DNA of 64,000 nucleotides from Candidatus Bathyarchaeota archaeon. GTDB taxonomy: Archaea; Thermoproteota; Bathyarchaeia; 40CM-2-53-6; RBG-13-38-9. Shown here piece after piece: positions 1 to 9,574 of the stretch (position 1 is its first letter; the number at the start of each line of letters is the position of its first letter). The notes below the pieces were generated by a model. That model saw only the letters and a list, made by a program, of their open reading frames with translations. It ran no database searches and had not been told where the DNA came from. The stretch covers positions 1-64,000 of the forward strand of contig CAWECG010000001.1 in assembly GCA_963807605.1 (NCBI GenBank), in the 5' to 3' direction. The position numbers were made by a program, and so were the translations under genes.

Positions 1-1
1 A

Positions 2-214
2 GAGATTTGCAGGAAGCTCGGTATCAGAGACTGGTCCGGACTGAAGAAACCCAAAGTGACATCCAGGGAAGGTAAGGCTATACTTAGGGCACTCGCGATT
101 AAAGGAATGAGAATCGACCCAGAGCAGTTTCGTGAGGGGCTTGAAGTGGAGCTTGAGCATGGAACTGCGTTTGGGGATCAAAAACTCTGGTTACTATGGT
201 CTATCAATTGTTAG
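2..214 (+). pseudogene. 5'-partial, 3'-truncated DUF5661-like protein fragment
   Basis: Frame 2 reads EICRKLGIRDW...IDPEQFREGLEVELEHGTAFGD, resembling the DUF5661 motif (EQFRxGxxVELEHG). Similarity stops at about 179, where unrelated sequence begins. Confidence 0.5.
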
Positions 215-921
215 TGACGAAAACCGCGCACTAAAGAAGCATGATTTCTGGTATGCTAAAGAGAGAAGAAATCGATCATTAAGAGTTGAGAACCGCTTCT
301 CACACTTGGTTTTTGATATACCGTTGAGGTGCCTATCACCAAACATTAGACGGTATGCGGGGCTCAAGAAGTTCGACATCACAGATGAAACGGACTACAC
401 AATCATCAATGCCTTTGATCAGCTCACCGATTTTCTTGAGGGAAGCGATATTGAAAACGCTGAGAGAAAACATGCACTAAAACAAGTCAACAATGGTGAA
501 TGGGAAACGTTTGTCAAAAGTCATTCATCAAAGTTTGGCTCTGTTTTATCGAGCGGATATCACTGGGGTAGGCACACATAATCTGGCATTCTATTCGGAT
601 AAGAACATGTTCTTCGGCGGATCATTCTGGAATGTGGAAATCCAAGACGATACGCAGAATAAACTACTTTGCCTTTGGTTCAACAGCACTTTGAACCTCT
701 TTCAAGTTCTCACAGAAAGAAAGGAGACGCGAGGAGGTTGGATATGGCTAGATGATTACGTTCTGAGAGAATTCAATCTATTAGACCTAACCAAACTAAC
801 TAAAGACGAGATAGATACACTGCTTCAAACTTTCTCGCGATATGGCAAAACGGAAATGCCCAATTTATTAACACAACTTGAGACGAAAAACTCTACCAGA
901 AGAGAAATTGATAGAACCTTA
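179..921 (+). pseudogene. C-terminal fragment of a type IIG/Eco57I-like restriction-modification protein, frameshifted near 530
   Basis: ORFs 132-581 and 493- join if one A is removed at ~531 (HSSSLALFYRADIT). The segment KLLCLWFNSTL...ETRGGW...RREIDR resembles C-termini of archaeal IIG RM proteins. No N-terminus is present. Confidence 0.5.
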
Positions 922-934
922 GCGCGCGCGCGCG
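922..934. repeat. (GC)6G dinucleotide run at the junction between the RM fragment and the MTase gene
   Basis: gcgcgcgcgcgcg read directly. Confidence 0.9.
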
Positions 935-975
935 ATATGACTCAACTTGTCAAGGAACGAGGCATTTTTCTTGAT

Positions 976-1875
976 ATGAAACGCGCAGGTCGAGACGCCT
1001 ATCTTGATTTCCTCAGAAGTCACGGCTCTATCCAGATTGAAAATGTTGATGTAAAACTCGTTAAAAAATGGAACATAGAGAAATTCCAACCAGCTAACCT
1101 TGGTCCGGAAGAGTGGACCGTGTGGAGCTTTCAGGATAGAGGTGATTGGGCTACTCACGTGGGTAATTATCGCGGTAACTGGAGTCCATTCATACCGAGG
1201 AATCTGATTGATCATTACACGAAACCCGGTGAACTTGTCTGCGATCCCATGATGGGTAGCGGAACTACCCTCGTCGAATGTAAGCTACTGAGTAGGCAAG
1301 GAATCGGCGTGGACATCAACCCTAATGCCGTTATGGTTGCTATGAATCGACTCGATTTCACCTATTCACCCCTAGACCAACACTACAAAGAACCAAAGAT
1401 TCGCATCTATCAAGGAGACGCTAGGAACCTAAATCAGATCCAAGATGAGGAAGTTGACCTAGTCGCCACCCATCCCCCTTACTGCGGAATAGTCGCTTAT
1501 TCTAGGTCTCAGGTCAAAGGTGATCTGTCCTCACTTAAGTTGCCAGACTTCCTGAAAGAGATGAGCAAAGTTGCGACCGAATTTTTCAGAGTATTGAAAC
1601 CGAATCATTATTGTGCGATTCTGATCGGCGACACGCGAAAACACTTGCACTACGTTCCAATCAACATAGGCGTGCTCTCCAAGTTCCTAGAGGCGGGCTT
1701 CGTCCTGAAGGAGGACATAATCAAACTCCAACACAAGACCAAGGTAACCCGCGAACGCTGGAGAGGCCACAAATACGACTTCTACAAGATCGCCCACGAA
1801 CACCTGTACATATTTAGGAAACCCGCAAAGGAAGAACAGCTCTCAATCTATAAGTACAGCCTGAAATGGTGGTAA
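976..1875 (+). CDS. N4/N6 DNA methyltransferase (probable start ATG 976; the 493-1875 ORF is a chimera)
   Basis: SAM-binding motif DPMMGSGTT, catalytic HPPY, and the TVWSF..RGDWATH..YRGNW signature. Confidence 0.85.
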   Translation: MKRAGRDAYLDFLRSHGSIQIENVDVKLVKKWNIEKFQPANLGPEEWTVWSFQDRGDWATHVGNYRGNWSPFIPRNLIDHYTKPGELVCDPMMGSGTTLVECKLLSRQGIGVDINPNAVMVAMNRLDFTYSPLDQHYKEPKIRIYQGDARNLNQIQDEEVDLVATHPPYCGIVAYSRSQVKGDLSSLKLPDFLKEMSKVATEFFRVLKPNHYCAILIGDTRKHLHYVPINIGVLSKFLEAGFVLKEDIIKLQHKTKVTRERWRGHKYDFYKIAHEHLYIFRKPAKEEQLSIYKYSLKWW

Positions 1876-2360
1876 TGAAGCCAGTCGTGGAGTCGAGTCT
1901 GTGCCTTCAAAATTGCAGGATATTCCACTTCAAGTTTTCACAAAGGAGAATAGCCCATTTTCGCCGTTACTTTGACGTTTATTGTTACCAATATAAGGCC
2001 ATAGACAGAGTTGTAGCAGAGGCATGGCGAGAAGTATGGAGGAAGTGGGAGTTGATACCTGGCAACCATAGAGTTGCAGCTCCCGTTTTCTTTGACTTTC
2101 TCATCTAAAGACTAGGTTAGATATGTTGCAAGCCAAAAAAACCGAGCATGAAATGTACCATGCAACGGATCCCGCCTGACACAATTAAGAAAACTGATAC
2201 CTGATGCAGATAGATATTGTCCATTCAAGGAATTGCATGAGGAAAGAACTAAGATGCTTAATCACCCACGTTCCATTTCCATCTACGGAAGGACTGGTTG
2301 GAGAAGCAGAAAAACAAATAACGGCGGTGGCGGAGGAACTGCTCCTAATATAGGTTCAAT
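1875..2360 (+). pseudogene. Degraded gene coupled to the MTase (possible cognate nuclease)
   Basis: TAATG overlap with the MTase stop. The frame is broken by stops (2106-2120) and resumes as ORF 2233- (HPRSISIYGRTGW...GGGGG). Confidence 0.4.
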
Positions 2361-2549
2361 TCAGGTGAAAGTGCGTGCTACTATACTCATAACGGGTTTT
2401 GTTAGAAGAGACAAAACTAAATATGACTTCATTGTGTCCCGTCAATCGAGGCGCTCCATGGTGGCCCAAATCGAGAGACCTAATCAGTGACCCTGAGCCA
2501 GCATATTTAATCTCTTTTTGAAGTCTCAATCGGAAGGTAGGAGTCAAAC

Positions 2550-3365
2550 ATGCGACAAAGCTTAGATCTCACCCCTTTCGATACTACTTTTTTGCTCAAA
2601 CCCCCGCTCAAATGGGCCGGTGGAAAGAGATGGCTTGTTCCTCATCTCAAACCAATTTGGGAACCTTACAGAAATAGTCGGCTCGTCGAACCTCTGTGCG
2701 GTGGTCTCGCTGTTGCCCTAGGTTTGATGCCTATCAACGCTCTCCTGAATGACATTAACATTCATGCAATTAACTTCTTTCAGTGGGTCAAGAAGGGACT
2801 TGTGATAACCACCCCTATGGAGAACAATTCAAAGCTCTACTATGCAAATCGAAAACGATTCAATGAACTCATCAAAACTGGGAAGGCGGACAGCCGAGAA
2901 GCCGCTGAAATCTTCTATTATCTTAATAGAACATGCTACAACGGCCTATGCCGTTTCAACCGCTCAGGAGAATTCAATGTTCCCTTTGGCCGGTATGAGA
3001 AGATCAATTATGTACACGATTTTACACCCTATAAGCGGGTTTTCCAAGCGTGGGAGTTCACAACAGGAGACTTTGAGAATGTTACCTTGGCTCCGGATGA
3101 TTTTGTGTATGCGGATCCACCCTACGATGTTGAATTTACCCAATACTCCAAGGAAGGGTTCTCTTGGGAAGACCAAGTGCGCCTAGCTAGATGGCTCACC
3201 AAGCATCACGGCCCGGTGGCACTCTCTAACCAAGCAACCCGCAGAGTATGCGAACTCTACAGTGACTTGAAATACGAATTGCACTTCTTTAGTGCGCCTC
3301 GAATGATTAGTTGCAAGGGTGATAGAACGCCAGCCAGGGAAGTTTTGGCCCTCAGAGGGGTTTGA
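2550..3365 (+). CDS. dam: Dam-family (D12 class) DNA adenine methyltransferase
   Basis: PPLKWAGGKRWL, YLNRTCYNGLCRFNRSGEFNVPFG and YADPPY motifs. Confidence 0.92.
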   Translation: MRQSLDLTPFDTTFLLKPPLKWAGGKRWLVPHLKPIWEPYRNSRLVEPLCGGLAVALGLMPINALLNDINIHAINFFQWVKKGLVITTPMENNSKLYYANRKRFNELIKTGKADSREAAEIFYYLNRTCYNGLCRFNRSGEFNVPFGRYEKINYVHDFTPYKRVFQAWEFTTGDFENVTLAPDDFVYADPPYDVEFTQYSKEGFSWEDQVRLARWLTKHHGPVALSNQATRRVCELYSDLKYELHFFSAPRMISCKGDRTPAREVLALRGV

Positions 3366-3503
3366 AAAAGGCGCCTCGACAGGGCCTGTACAACCTTCAA
3401 ACTCCTTTTTCTAATTGCGGGTTTTGTCAAGTCTCCGTCGGTTCCCCAAATTCAATCTGGCTGTCAAGAACCGTCGGGTGCAAGACAGGAAGGGAGTAGT
3501 TAA

Positions 3504-5072
3504 GTGTTCACCCAAGAAAGTGGTAGTAGACTGGCATTGTCTCAGGAACGTTCTTGGACTCGGCGTTGGCGTTGGGTTGGGGCATTGATGCTAGAGGCTG
3601 TCCTTGTCGGGGTGATTGATAGGCTCTTCAATCCACTCTTAGACCTTTTGAATAGTCTATTCACTCAACAGACTCACAGTAACTCGACATTTCTACTTGG
3701 ATCGGTAGCCATCCTCACAATCATTGTCGCGTCGATTCTTGGATTCCTGCTGGTACAACACCTTTGCAGATGGGTGAAAGCCGCCAACCAAGCCATGCAA
3801 AGAACTAGAGTAACAATCCCAGAAACCCAAAAACAAGAAGTCACACAACCAACAAGCCCCATTAGTCGAGAAGCGGGAACTACAATTTCGATAACTTCAG
3901 TGAGTCCCGAACCTCTAATTGCTACTATGGCTGATCGACCTGTTGCCGAAGAATTGTCCACAAAGTCAGGTATAGAGTATTTCAATTCTCGTAAAGAGAG
4001 GGATGAGAAATATCCTCTCGTAGACCTTCTTTCACAAGCGAAGTTCAGGATAGTCTTGTTAGGGGGTTCGTTAGAGACAGTAGTATCACAACATGTTCGA
4101 CTTGTTGAAAAACTACTCAAAGGTGAGGTGGAGATGGAATTCTTAATTCAAGATCCTGAGTGGGTGAAGTCGGTTGAGATAGACAAAGGAACATCTTCTG
4201 GAAACCTTTCTGATGGCATTAACAGAACACTGGATTTGCTCCGTGAAATAAGACATAAAGTACGAGTTCCTGAAAATGTTAATTGTACAATTAAGATGTA
4301 TAAGTTCCATGCTACCCATAGTGGCATAGTCATAGATCCAGATAGTTCTGAAGCCAGAGCCATAATTGAGTTTTATCCGTACGATACAGACGCCGAGTTA
4401 AAACCCTCTATTGTAATCAATAGAAGAGAGAATGAGGCTGTTTTCAGTAAGTGGTGGCGCAGTTTTAAGTATGTTTTAGATAACTCAGAAGAATATACAA
4501 CTCCACCACCTAAGTTGATCGTCAAGCCAGCAGAACTAAGCCCAGATAAGAAACCAAGAGAAATCCGTGTCCTATTTCCTAATGGTCAAGAGAGGTCACA
4601 TGAAGCCTATTTTTACTTCCTTACAGTAAAGAATGCTGAGGGAAAGAGAATCAAAGGTTTACGACCATGTATCGACAAAATTAATATGAAGATCGTAGAA
4701 CCCGGTCAAAAGCGCACAATAAGAGTTGTCAATGACGGGTCTCTTGAAGATTTTGACAAATCCACTTCATCTTCGCCGGAAGCTTTCCTTTTCGCTTTGA
4801 ATCACGACAGGAGAAAAGCAAAAGATAGTAGCGTTGACTTGCTTGCAGATGAATCCTTAACATTTGCCCTTTTCGTCACTTTGAAGGATTTTCCGGAGTT
4901 GCATTATTTCGCAGACCCAAGTAGATACCCTGATCCTATCCCGGGTAAGAACCGGGTCGAACTAAGCTTTAGAACGGAGGACTTCCTTCCTTACCATGTG
5001 GCAACATACGAGATAATTACTAAATCGTGGTATGACATTGATGTCGACGAAGTTCAGGTTAGAGAAGTTTAG
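3504..5072 (+). CDS. Membrane-anchored protein with a DUF5919-like (PLD-fold-like) central domain
   Basis: Two N-terminal hydrophobic helices; IVLLGGSL...EFLIQDP...IKMYK...SGIVIDP...AIIEFYPY pattern. Confidence 0.55.
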   Translation: MFTQESGSRLALSQERSWTRRWRWVGALMLEAVLVGVIDRLFNPLLDLLNSLFTQQTHSNSTFLLGSVAILTIIVASILGFLLVQHLCRWVKAANQAMQRTRVTIPETQKQEVTQPTSPISREAGTTISITSVSPEPLIATMADRPVAEELSTKSGIEYFNSRKERDEKYPLVDLLSQAKFRIVLLGGSLETVVSQHVRLVEKLLKGEVEMEFLIQDPEWVKSVEIDKGTSSGNLSDGINRTLDLLREIRHKVRVPENVNCTIKMYKFHATHSGIVIDPDSSEARAIIEFYPYDTDAELKPSIVINRRENEAVFSKWWRSFKYVLDNSEEYTTPPPKLIVKPAELSPDKKPREIRVLFPNGQERSHEAYFYFLTVKNAEGKRIKGLRPCIDKINMKIVEPGQKRTIRVVNDGSLEDFDKSTSSSPEAFLFALNHDRRKAKDSSVDLLADESLTFALFVTLKDFPELHYFADPSRYPDPIPGKNRVELSFRTEDFLPYHVATYEIITKSWYDIDVDEVQVREV

Positions 5073-5257
5073 GCTCTCTCAATTTTCAATAATTGCCTTA
5101 GCAATCCCAAGTCTCGTTCGCATCCTTCGATGATTTCTTTCAGTTCTATGGCACGGATACGCCACAGAACTGTCTGATATCCCTTCAATCGTTCTCCTTT
5201 AAGGTATGCTTCTAGTATCTTGCGTTCTGTCCGTCCGAGTATCTCTTTGCGAACCAT
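5069..5257 (-). CDS. Small basic protein divergent from the transposase (possible regulator)
   Basis: 62 aa ORF, ATG 40 bp from the transposase start. Confidence 0.55.
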   Translation of the reverse strand: MVRKEILGRTERKILEAYLKGERLKGYQTVLWRIRAIELKEIIEGCERDLGLLRQLLKIERA

Positions 5258-5297
5258 CTAATTGACCGTGTTGCTATATTGCAACAGCGATTGAAAT

Positions 5298-6458
5298 ATG
5301 CGATTTGAGAAACCCGTTGATGATGGTCGTTTGATGAGAGGTCAAGTAATAGCGAAGCTGACCGATCAAGTCAAACGGCTAGATGATAAGACCTATCAGG
5401 TCAACTCTCAGTCAGGTCATGGCTTATACACGGTGGTCAAGGGTTATCGTGATTGGCGTTGCAGTTGCCCCGACCACATGTACCGAGAAGTGAAGTGTAA
5501 GCATATTTGGGCAATCGAGTTCAGCCTCAAATTAAGGGATAAGGTAAGAGAGAACGTTGTAATTCAGCCCGTCACAATCGACTCATGTCTGTACTGTCAA
5601 TCCGAGAACATAATTCGGGATGACTTGCGGCATAACAAGTGCGGAGGCATTCAAGTTTTCAACTGCAAGTCGTGTGGTCGATACTTCACATTGAATCTCG
5701 GCTTCGAGCACATGAAGCACAATCCGCATGGAATCACAACTGCCATGCAACTATACTTCTCAGGTGAAAGCCTCCGCAACACAGCTAGATCGCTACGCTT
5801 GATGGGAGTTCAGGTTAGCTATCAGACTGTTTGGAATTGGATTCAGAAATACACGGCTCTGATGGAGAAGTACCTAGACAAGATAACGCCTCAAGTTTCT
5901 GAGGTTTGGCGAGCAGATGAACTCTACGTGAAGATCCGAGGCAATATGAAGTATGTATTCGCCATGATGAATGATGAAACTCGTTTCTGGATAGCTCAAG
6001 AAGTTGCGAGTAGCAAAGAAGCGCATGATGCAAGAAACTTATTCCAGATGGCTAGGAAGAGAGTGGGAAAGAAGCCTCAGATTCTAGTAACAGACGACTT
6101 ACGTTCCTATCATGATGCTTGGCTGAAAGAGTACCGAACCAACAAACTAGCCAATAGCACCATTCACATTCGCAATATCACGCTTGAAGGAACTCACAAT
6201 AACAACAAGATGGAACGACTGAACGGTGAGATCCGTGATCGTGAGAAGATGATGCGTAACCTCAAGAAAGAGGATAGCCCGATCTTGAAAGGTTACCAAA
6301 TCTTCCACAATTATGTGCGTCCTCACATGGGTTTGAAGGGAAAGACACCCGCAGACTTGGCGAGAATAGAAGTCAAGGGAGATGACAAGTGGCTCACGCT
6401 AATCCAAAACGCAAGTCACCCCACGGTTAACCGACCCAACAATCCCCCACAGAAATAA
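5298..6458 (+). CDS. IS6-family DDE transposase with N-terminal SWIM finger and Zn ribbon
   Basis: SWIM CSCPD...CKH; CLYC/CKSC ribbon; WRADE, LVTD and NNKMER catalytic motifs; HNYVRPH. Confidence 0.88.
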   Translation: MRFEKPVDDGRLMRGQVIAKLTDQVKRLDDKTYQVNSQSGHGLYTVVKGYRDWRCSCPDHMYREVKCKHIWAIEFSLKLRDKVRENVVIQPVTIDSCLYCQSENIIRDDLRHNKCGGIQVFNCKSCGRYFTLNLGFEHMKHNPHGITTAMQLYFSGESLRNTARSLRLMGVQVSYQTVWNWIQKYTALMEKYLDKITPQVSEVWRADELYVKIRGNMKYVFAMMNDETRFWIAQEVASSKEAHDARNLFQMARKRVGKKPQILVTDDLRSYHDAWLKEYRTNKLANSTIHIRNITLEGTHNNNKMERLNGEIRDREKMMRNLKKEDSPILKGYQIFHNYVRPHMGLKGKTPADLARIEVKGDDKWLTLIQNASHPTVNRPNNPPQK

Positions 6459-6522
6459 CAGAACTCCAAATCCTAAGACATATCAGTGCGCTTAGTCGTA
6501 ACTGACTAAGGGGCTAGAAGGA

Positions 6523-7575
6523 TTGCTGAAACGATTATCGGGTAGGAATTTTGCCTGTTTTGGTAAGGGCGATTACCATCTTGATCTTGCTCCAGAAACA
6601 GCGATCATAGGCCCGAACAATGTTGGCAAGAGCGCGCTTATAGCCGCATTCAATTTCGTGCGATCTAATGGAATAGGAGCCTCGCGCTCAGGAGGCCTAC
6701 TTTGGAACTCTCCGACCTATAATTGGGGGAATTACAGAAACATCGTCCACCGACATGAAACAGATCGTGTAATAGAGGCCAGTGCGGTTCTCGACCATAA
6801 GACGAATTTAGTGACTGTTGATGCAAAAATCAAAGACGAGAGTATCGAATCATCAATCTCACCACATCTGACTCCAAGCGAACTGCGCGATGACATCGCC
6901 AATATTTGGTACTTCCACGCTTCAAGAAGGGAGATCCCATCTGGGATGGGAGTTGGGCCGACGGGATTTTACACAAGTTGGCAACAACCAATAGAACCTG
7001 ATGGGTCTAACGTAGTGACCTATCTACTTGAACGGTTCACAAGTAGGGACGAACGTTGGGCAGAAGCGGAAAAATGGCTTAAGCGCATAGCCCCAGAGTC
7101 TTCAATACTGAAGTCGCCTCTTCGGGGCAACACGGCCTCAGTGGAAATAACCCAAGCGGATTCAGGTATTGATGTTAATGTTGCTTATCAAGGAACGGGC
7201 ATACAGAAGGCTTTGGTGGTGATTGCTGGTCTCGTCTTCTCACCTGAAGGAAGCACAATAATCGTAGAGGAACCAGAAATACATCTGCACAAACGCTCCC
7301 AAGAAGGACTTGCAGATTTGTTCAACTTGGCAGTCAATGATTGGAAGAAACAGGTAGTATTCACTACCCATTCGGTAGATATGCTACTTCCCTTCATCAG
7401 CGATGTTGGAAAAGAGCCAACAAAGAGAGGAAAAGATCACATCAAGGCCAAGCCTGAGAATTTCAGTCTAGTGGAGTTCAGACGAGTTGATGGAGATATT
7501 GAGATAAAACCACTGGACATCAAACAGATGATGTGGACAGATTTCAAGGCTCACATAGACAAAACCTATGGTTGA
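6523..7575 (+). CDS. ABC-class AAA_15/AAA_21 ATPase (OLD/AriA-like ATPase domain, no nuclease domain)
   Basis: Walker A GPNNVGKS, QGTG signature, Walker B IIVEEPEIHLH, TTHS. Confidence 0.85.
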   Translation: MLKRLSGRNFACFGKGDYHLDLAPETAIIGPNNVGKSALIAAFNFVRSNGIGASRSGGLLWNSPTYNWGNYRNIVHRHETDRVIEASAVLDHKTNLVTVDAKIKDESIESSISPHLTPSELRDDIANIWYFHASRREIPSGMGVGPTGFYTSWQQPIEPDGSNVVTYLLERFTSRDERWAEAEKWLKRIAPESSILKSPLRGNTASVEITQADSGIDVNVAYQGTGIQKALVVIAGLVFSPEGSTIIVEEPEIHLHKRSQEGLADLFNLAVNDWKKQVVFTTHSVDMLLPFISDVGKEPTKRGKDHIKAKPENFSLVEFRRVDGDIEIKPLDIKQMMWTDFKAHIDKTYG

Positions 7576-7778
7576 GGTAAGTTTCCCAACTTCCCCGATC
7601 AGTTACCGAGTAGGAGAAGCTCACTTAACCCCCTACAAGTTACTAGACCCCGATGGGGAATCCCCCGACAGAACCAACGTAAGCCGTCACCCGACGAAAG
7701 TTGACAACACCGAGAAAGCATGGTAGCCGATGCAGACTTGACAGAATCGCTCAGATTTATACAAATGCGGCCTTGAGT

Positions 7779-9327
7779 CTAGACCTTTATTCTGCCTCGT
7801 TTTCCTGAAGGAACCTGATTCTTATCCACAAGATCGCTCAGTCCTGCCAGAGCTTTCTTGAAGTCTTTTGTGAGTTTTACTTCAGTTCCCTCTTCAGCCT
7901 GGGTGTGAGGCTCTCGTGCTCTCTTCTCTTCTGCTTCGAGGTAAGATTCTATTGTTTCCTGTTTTTCTTCTGTTTCTGGAGTGGGGAGTCTTCTGCGTAT
8001 GAGGATTTTGCTGTTTATGATCTGGACCATTTCCCATCCGTTATTCAGGTATTTTTCCAGCTTGTCTTCTGTGACGAGTTTGCTCTGGTACCGTGTTTCG
8101 TCTTGGGGGATGTGTTTCTCTTCTCTGAGTCTTGAGAGTTCGCTCTCGTAGAGGTCTAGCTCTTCTTCTATGGTGAGGTCTCTCTTGAGTCCTGTCATTT
8201 TGCTGATTCTTAGCATCTTGGAGGTCTACTCCGAAGAGGTTCCTGGCAAGGAGTTTGATTGCTTCAAGCTTCACCTGCTTGACCATGTCGCTCTGCTCTA
8301 GGGTGCTGGTTACTGTGCTCAGGAAGGGTTCGCAGTCTTGGTATTGTTGTCTCATGTCTGCTATCATGGGTGGTGGGAGTCTTCCTTTCTCTGTGCTGTA
8401 TCTGGCTTCGATGTCGCCTTTATGTCCGGCAAAGAATTGGAAGTATTGGTGGCCGATCTTTCCTTTATTCTCGGCGATGCTAAGTTGGGTTTCTGCGTAG
8501 GCTCTAAGAACGTAGGGTCTCTTGATGACTCCTGCTGCCCGCATATACTTTCTGATGAAGTGGGTGATCTTCTTTGTCATGGCGAATTTCTTTTCTGCTG
8601 CTCTGGGGCGTTCAGGACCGATTAAGGGTGTTTCTGGAGCTAGTTTCTCGCCGCCTCGCATTCTCTGTTCAAGGTATTCTTTGAGGATGCCACATCCTTC
8701 TTGGGATAGGAATGTGAAATATTTCTTTCTGGTCTTGCTGAGTGTTGATCTTACAACGATCATTGTGGGGATCTTCTCGAAGGTTACCTGTCCATTCTCA
8801 ATCTTTAGCTCTGATAAGTCTCCGATGGTTAGGCCGTCGCTTCCGTCATGGTTTCCGATGCTTTCAGGTCTGAGGTCTGCAAACGCCATCAGGGCTACAG
8901 CGAGCCTTATTCTTGGTGGAGCGGTGCGGAGGATTCTGGCCAGTTCTGACTGTGTGGGTATCTGCTCATTCTCAATGGTTGGGGTGGCATTGGGGTTAGT
9001 GACCTTGATGGTTCTGGTTAATGTGATGTTGTTGTATCTGAGCCAGGACTTTACTATCTTTAGCAGTCCGATTATGTAGCCTGGAGACTTCTTTTGGGCT
9101 TCAAGATCGGTCACCAGGTCTTCAAGAGAATTCTGGAGCTGTTTCTTATTCGTCCTAGCTGATCTGGTCAGTTCTTGCGGGGTTTTGGATAGGAGCTCAC
9201 AGGCTTTTCCAAGCCTTCTCAATGCAACCTCAGCGGTTAAGGGACTGCCCCTTGACAGGTTCCTGAGCCAACGCTGCAGATCTGCATTCTTCAGAAGATG
9301 GCTGTACTTTCCGCCTTTCTGAGACAA
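7779..9327 (-). CDS. Tyrosine integrase of the tRNA-Arg-linked island; C-terminal part shifted by one extra base near 8206
   Basis: LRPES (R), LSK (K), YVLR, GH and RY catalytic motifs in ORF 8041-9327. Deleting one A in gct-aag-aat-cag gives DAKISKMTG, joining ORF 7779-8216. Confidence 0.8.
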
Positions 9328-9383
9328 AACCGCTCAAGATACCGTATTCTGGAGCCTCATATAAGGTATTCGCACTTAGTTAT

Positions 9384-9491
9384 TGGCGGGCCCGGTGGGA
9401 TTCGAACCCACGACCCCCGGCTTTCCTCTAACAGGCGATTAGAGGGCCAGTGCTCTATCTGGCACAAGTATCCAGGCTGAGCTACGAGCCC
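9384..9491 (-). tRNA. tRNA-Arg(TCT) with two BHB introns (D-loop and canonical 37/38) and encoded CCA
   Basis: Acceptor stem GGGCTCG/CGGGCCC+G-CCA; D stem GCTC/GAGC; anticodon stem CTGGC/GCCGG; T arm GTGGG-TTCGAAT-CCCAC; A20 and G73 Arg identity elements. Confidence 0.88.
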
Positions 9492-9574
9492 GAAACGTCT
9501 CTGCACGGCTTAAATCCTTAAACCTTCTGATGGAATCCTCTCGAATTAATCATTCTTTTCATAAGTTGTGATCG

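Larger units (their letters stand above)
3420..7748. mobile_element. IS6-family cargo transposon with 61-bp imperfect terminal inverted repeats
   Basis: 3420-3480 aligns without gaps to the reverse complement of 7688-7748 (39/61 identical, two TGTCAA-N4-CRTCGG units each). The repeats enclose an IS6-type transposase and passenger genes. Confidence 0.7.

Noticed and set aside
493-1875. A single 460-aa novel fusion methyltransferase
   Set aside because: The N-terminal part is the tail of a different, frameshifted gene joined at a (GC)n run; the MTase has its own ATG at 976.
3412-7756. Target-site duplication around the IS6-like element
   Set aside because: Flanks TAATTGCG and GCTCAGAT do not match.
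8255-9079. Plus-strand ORFs over the integrase, and similar antisense ORFs across the window
   Set aside because: Shadow frames of well-supported genes with no motifs or RBS of their own.
9298-9480. 60-aa ORF
   Set aside because: Antisense to the tRNA gene.
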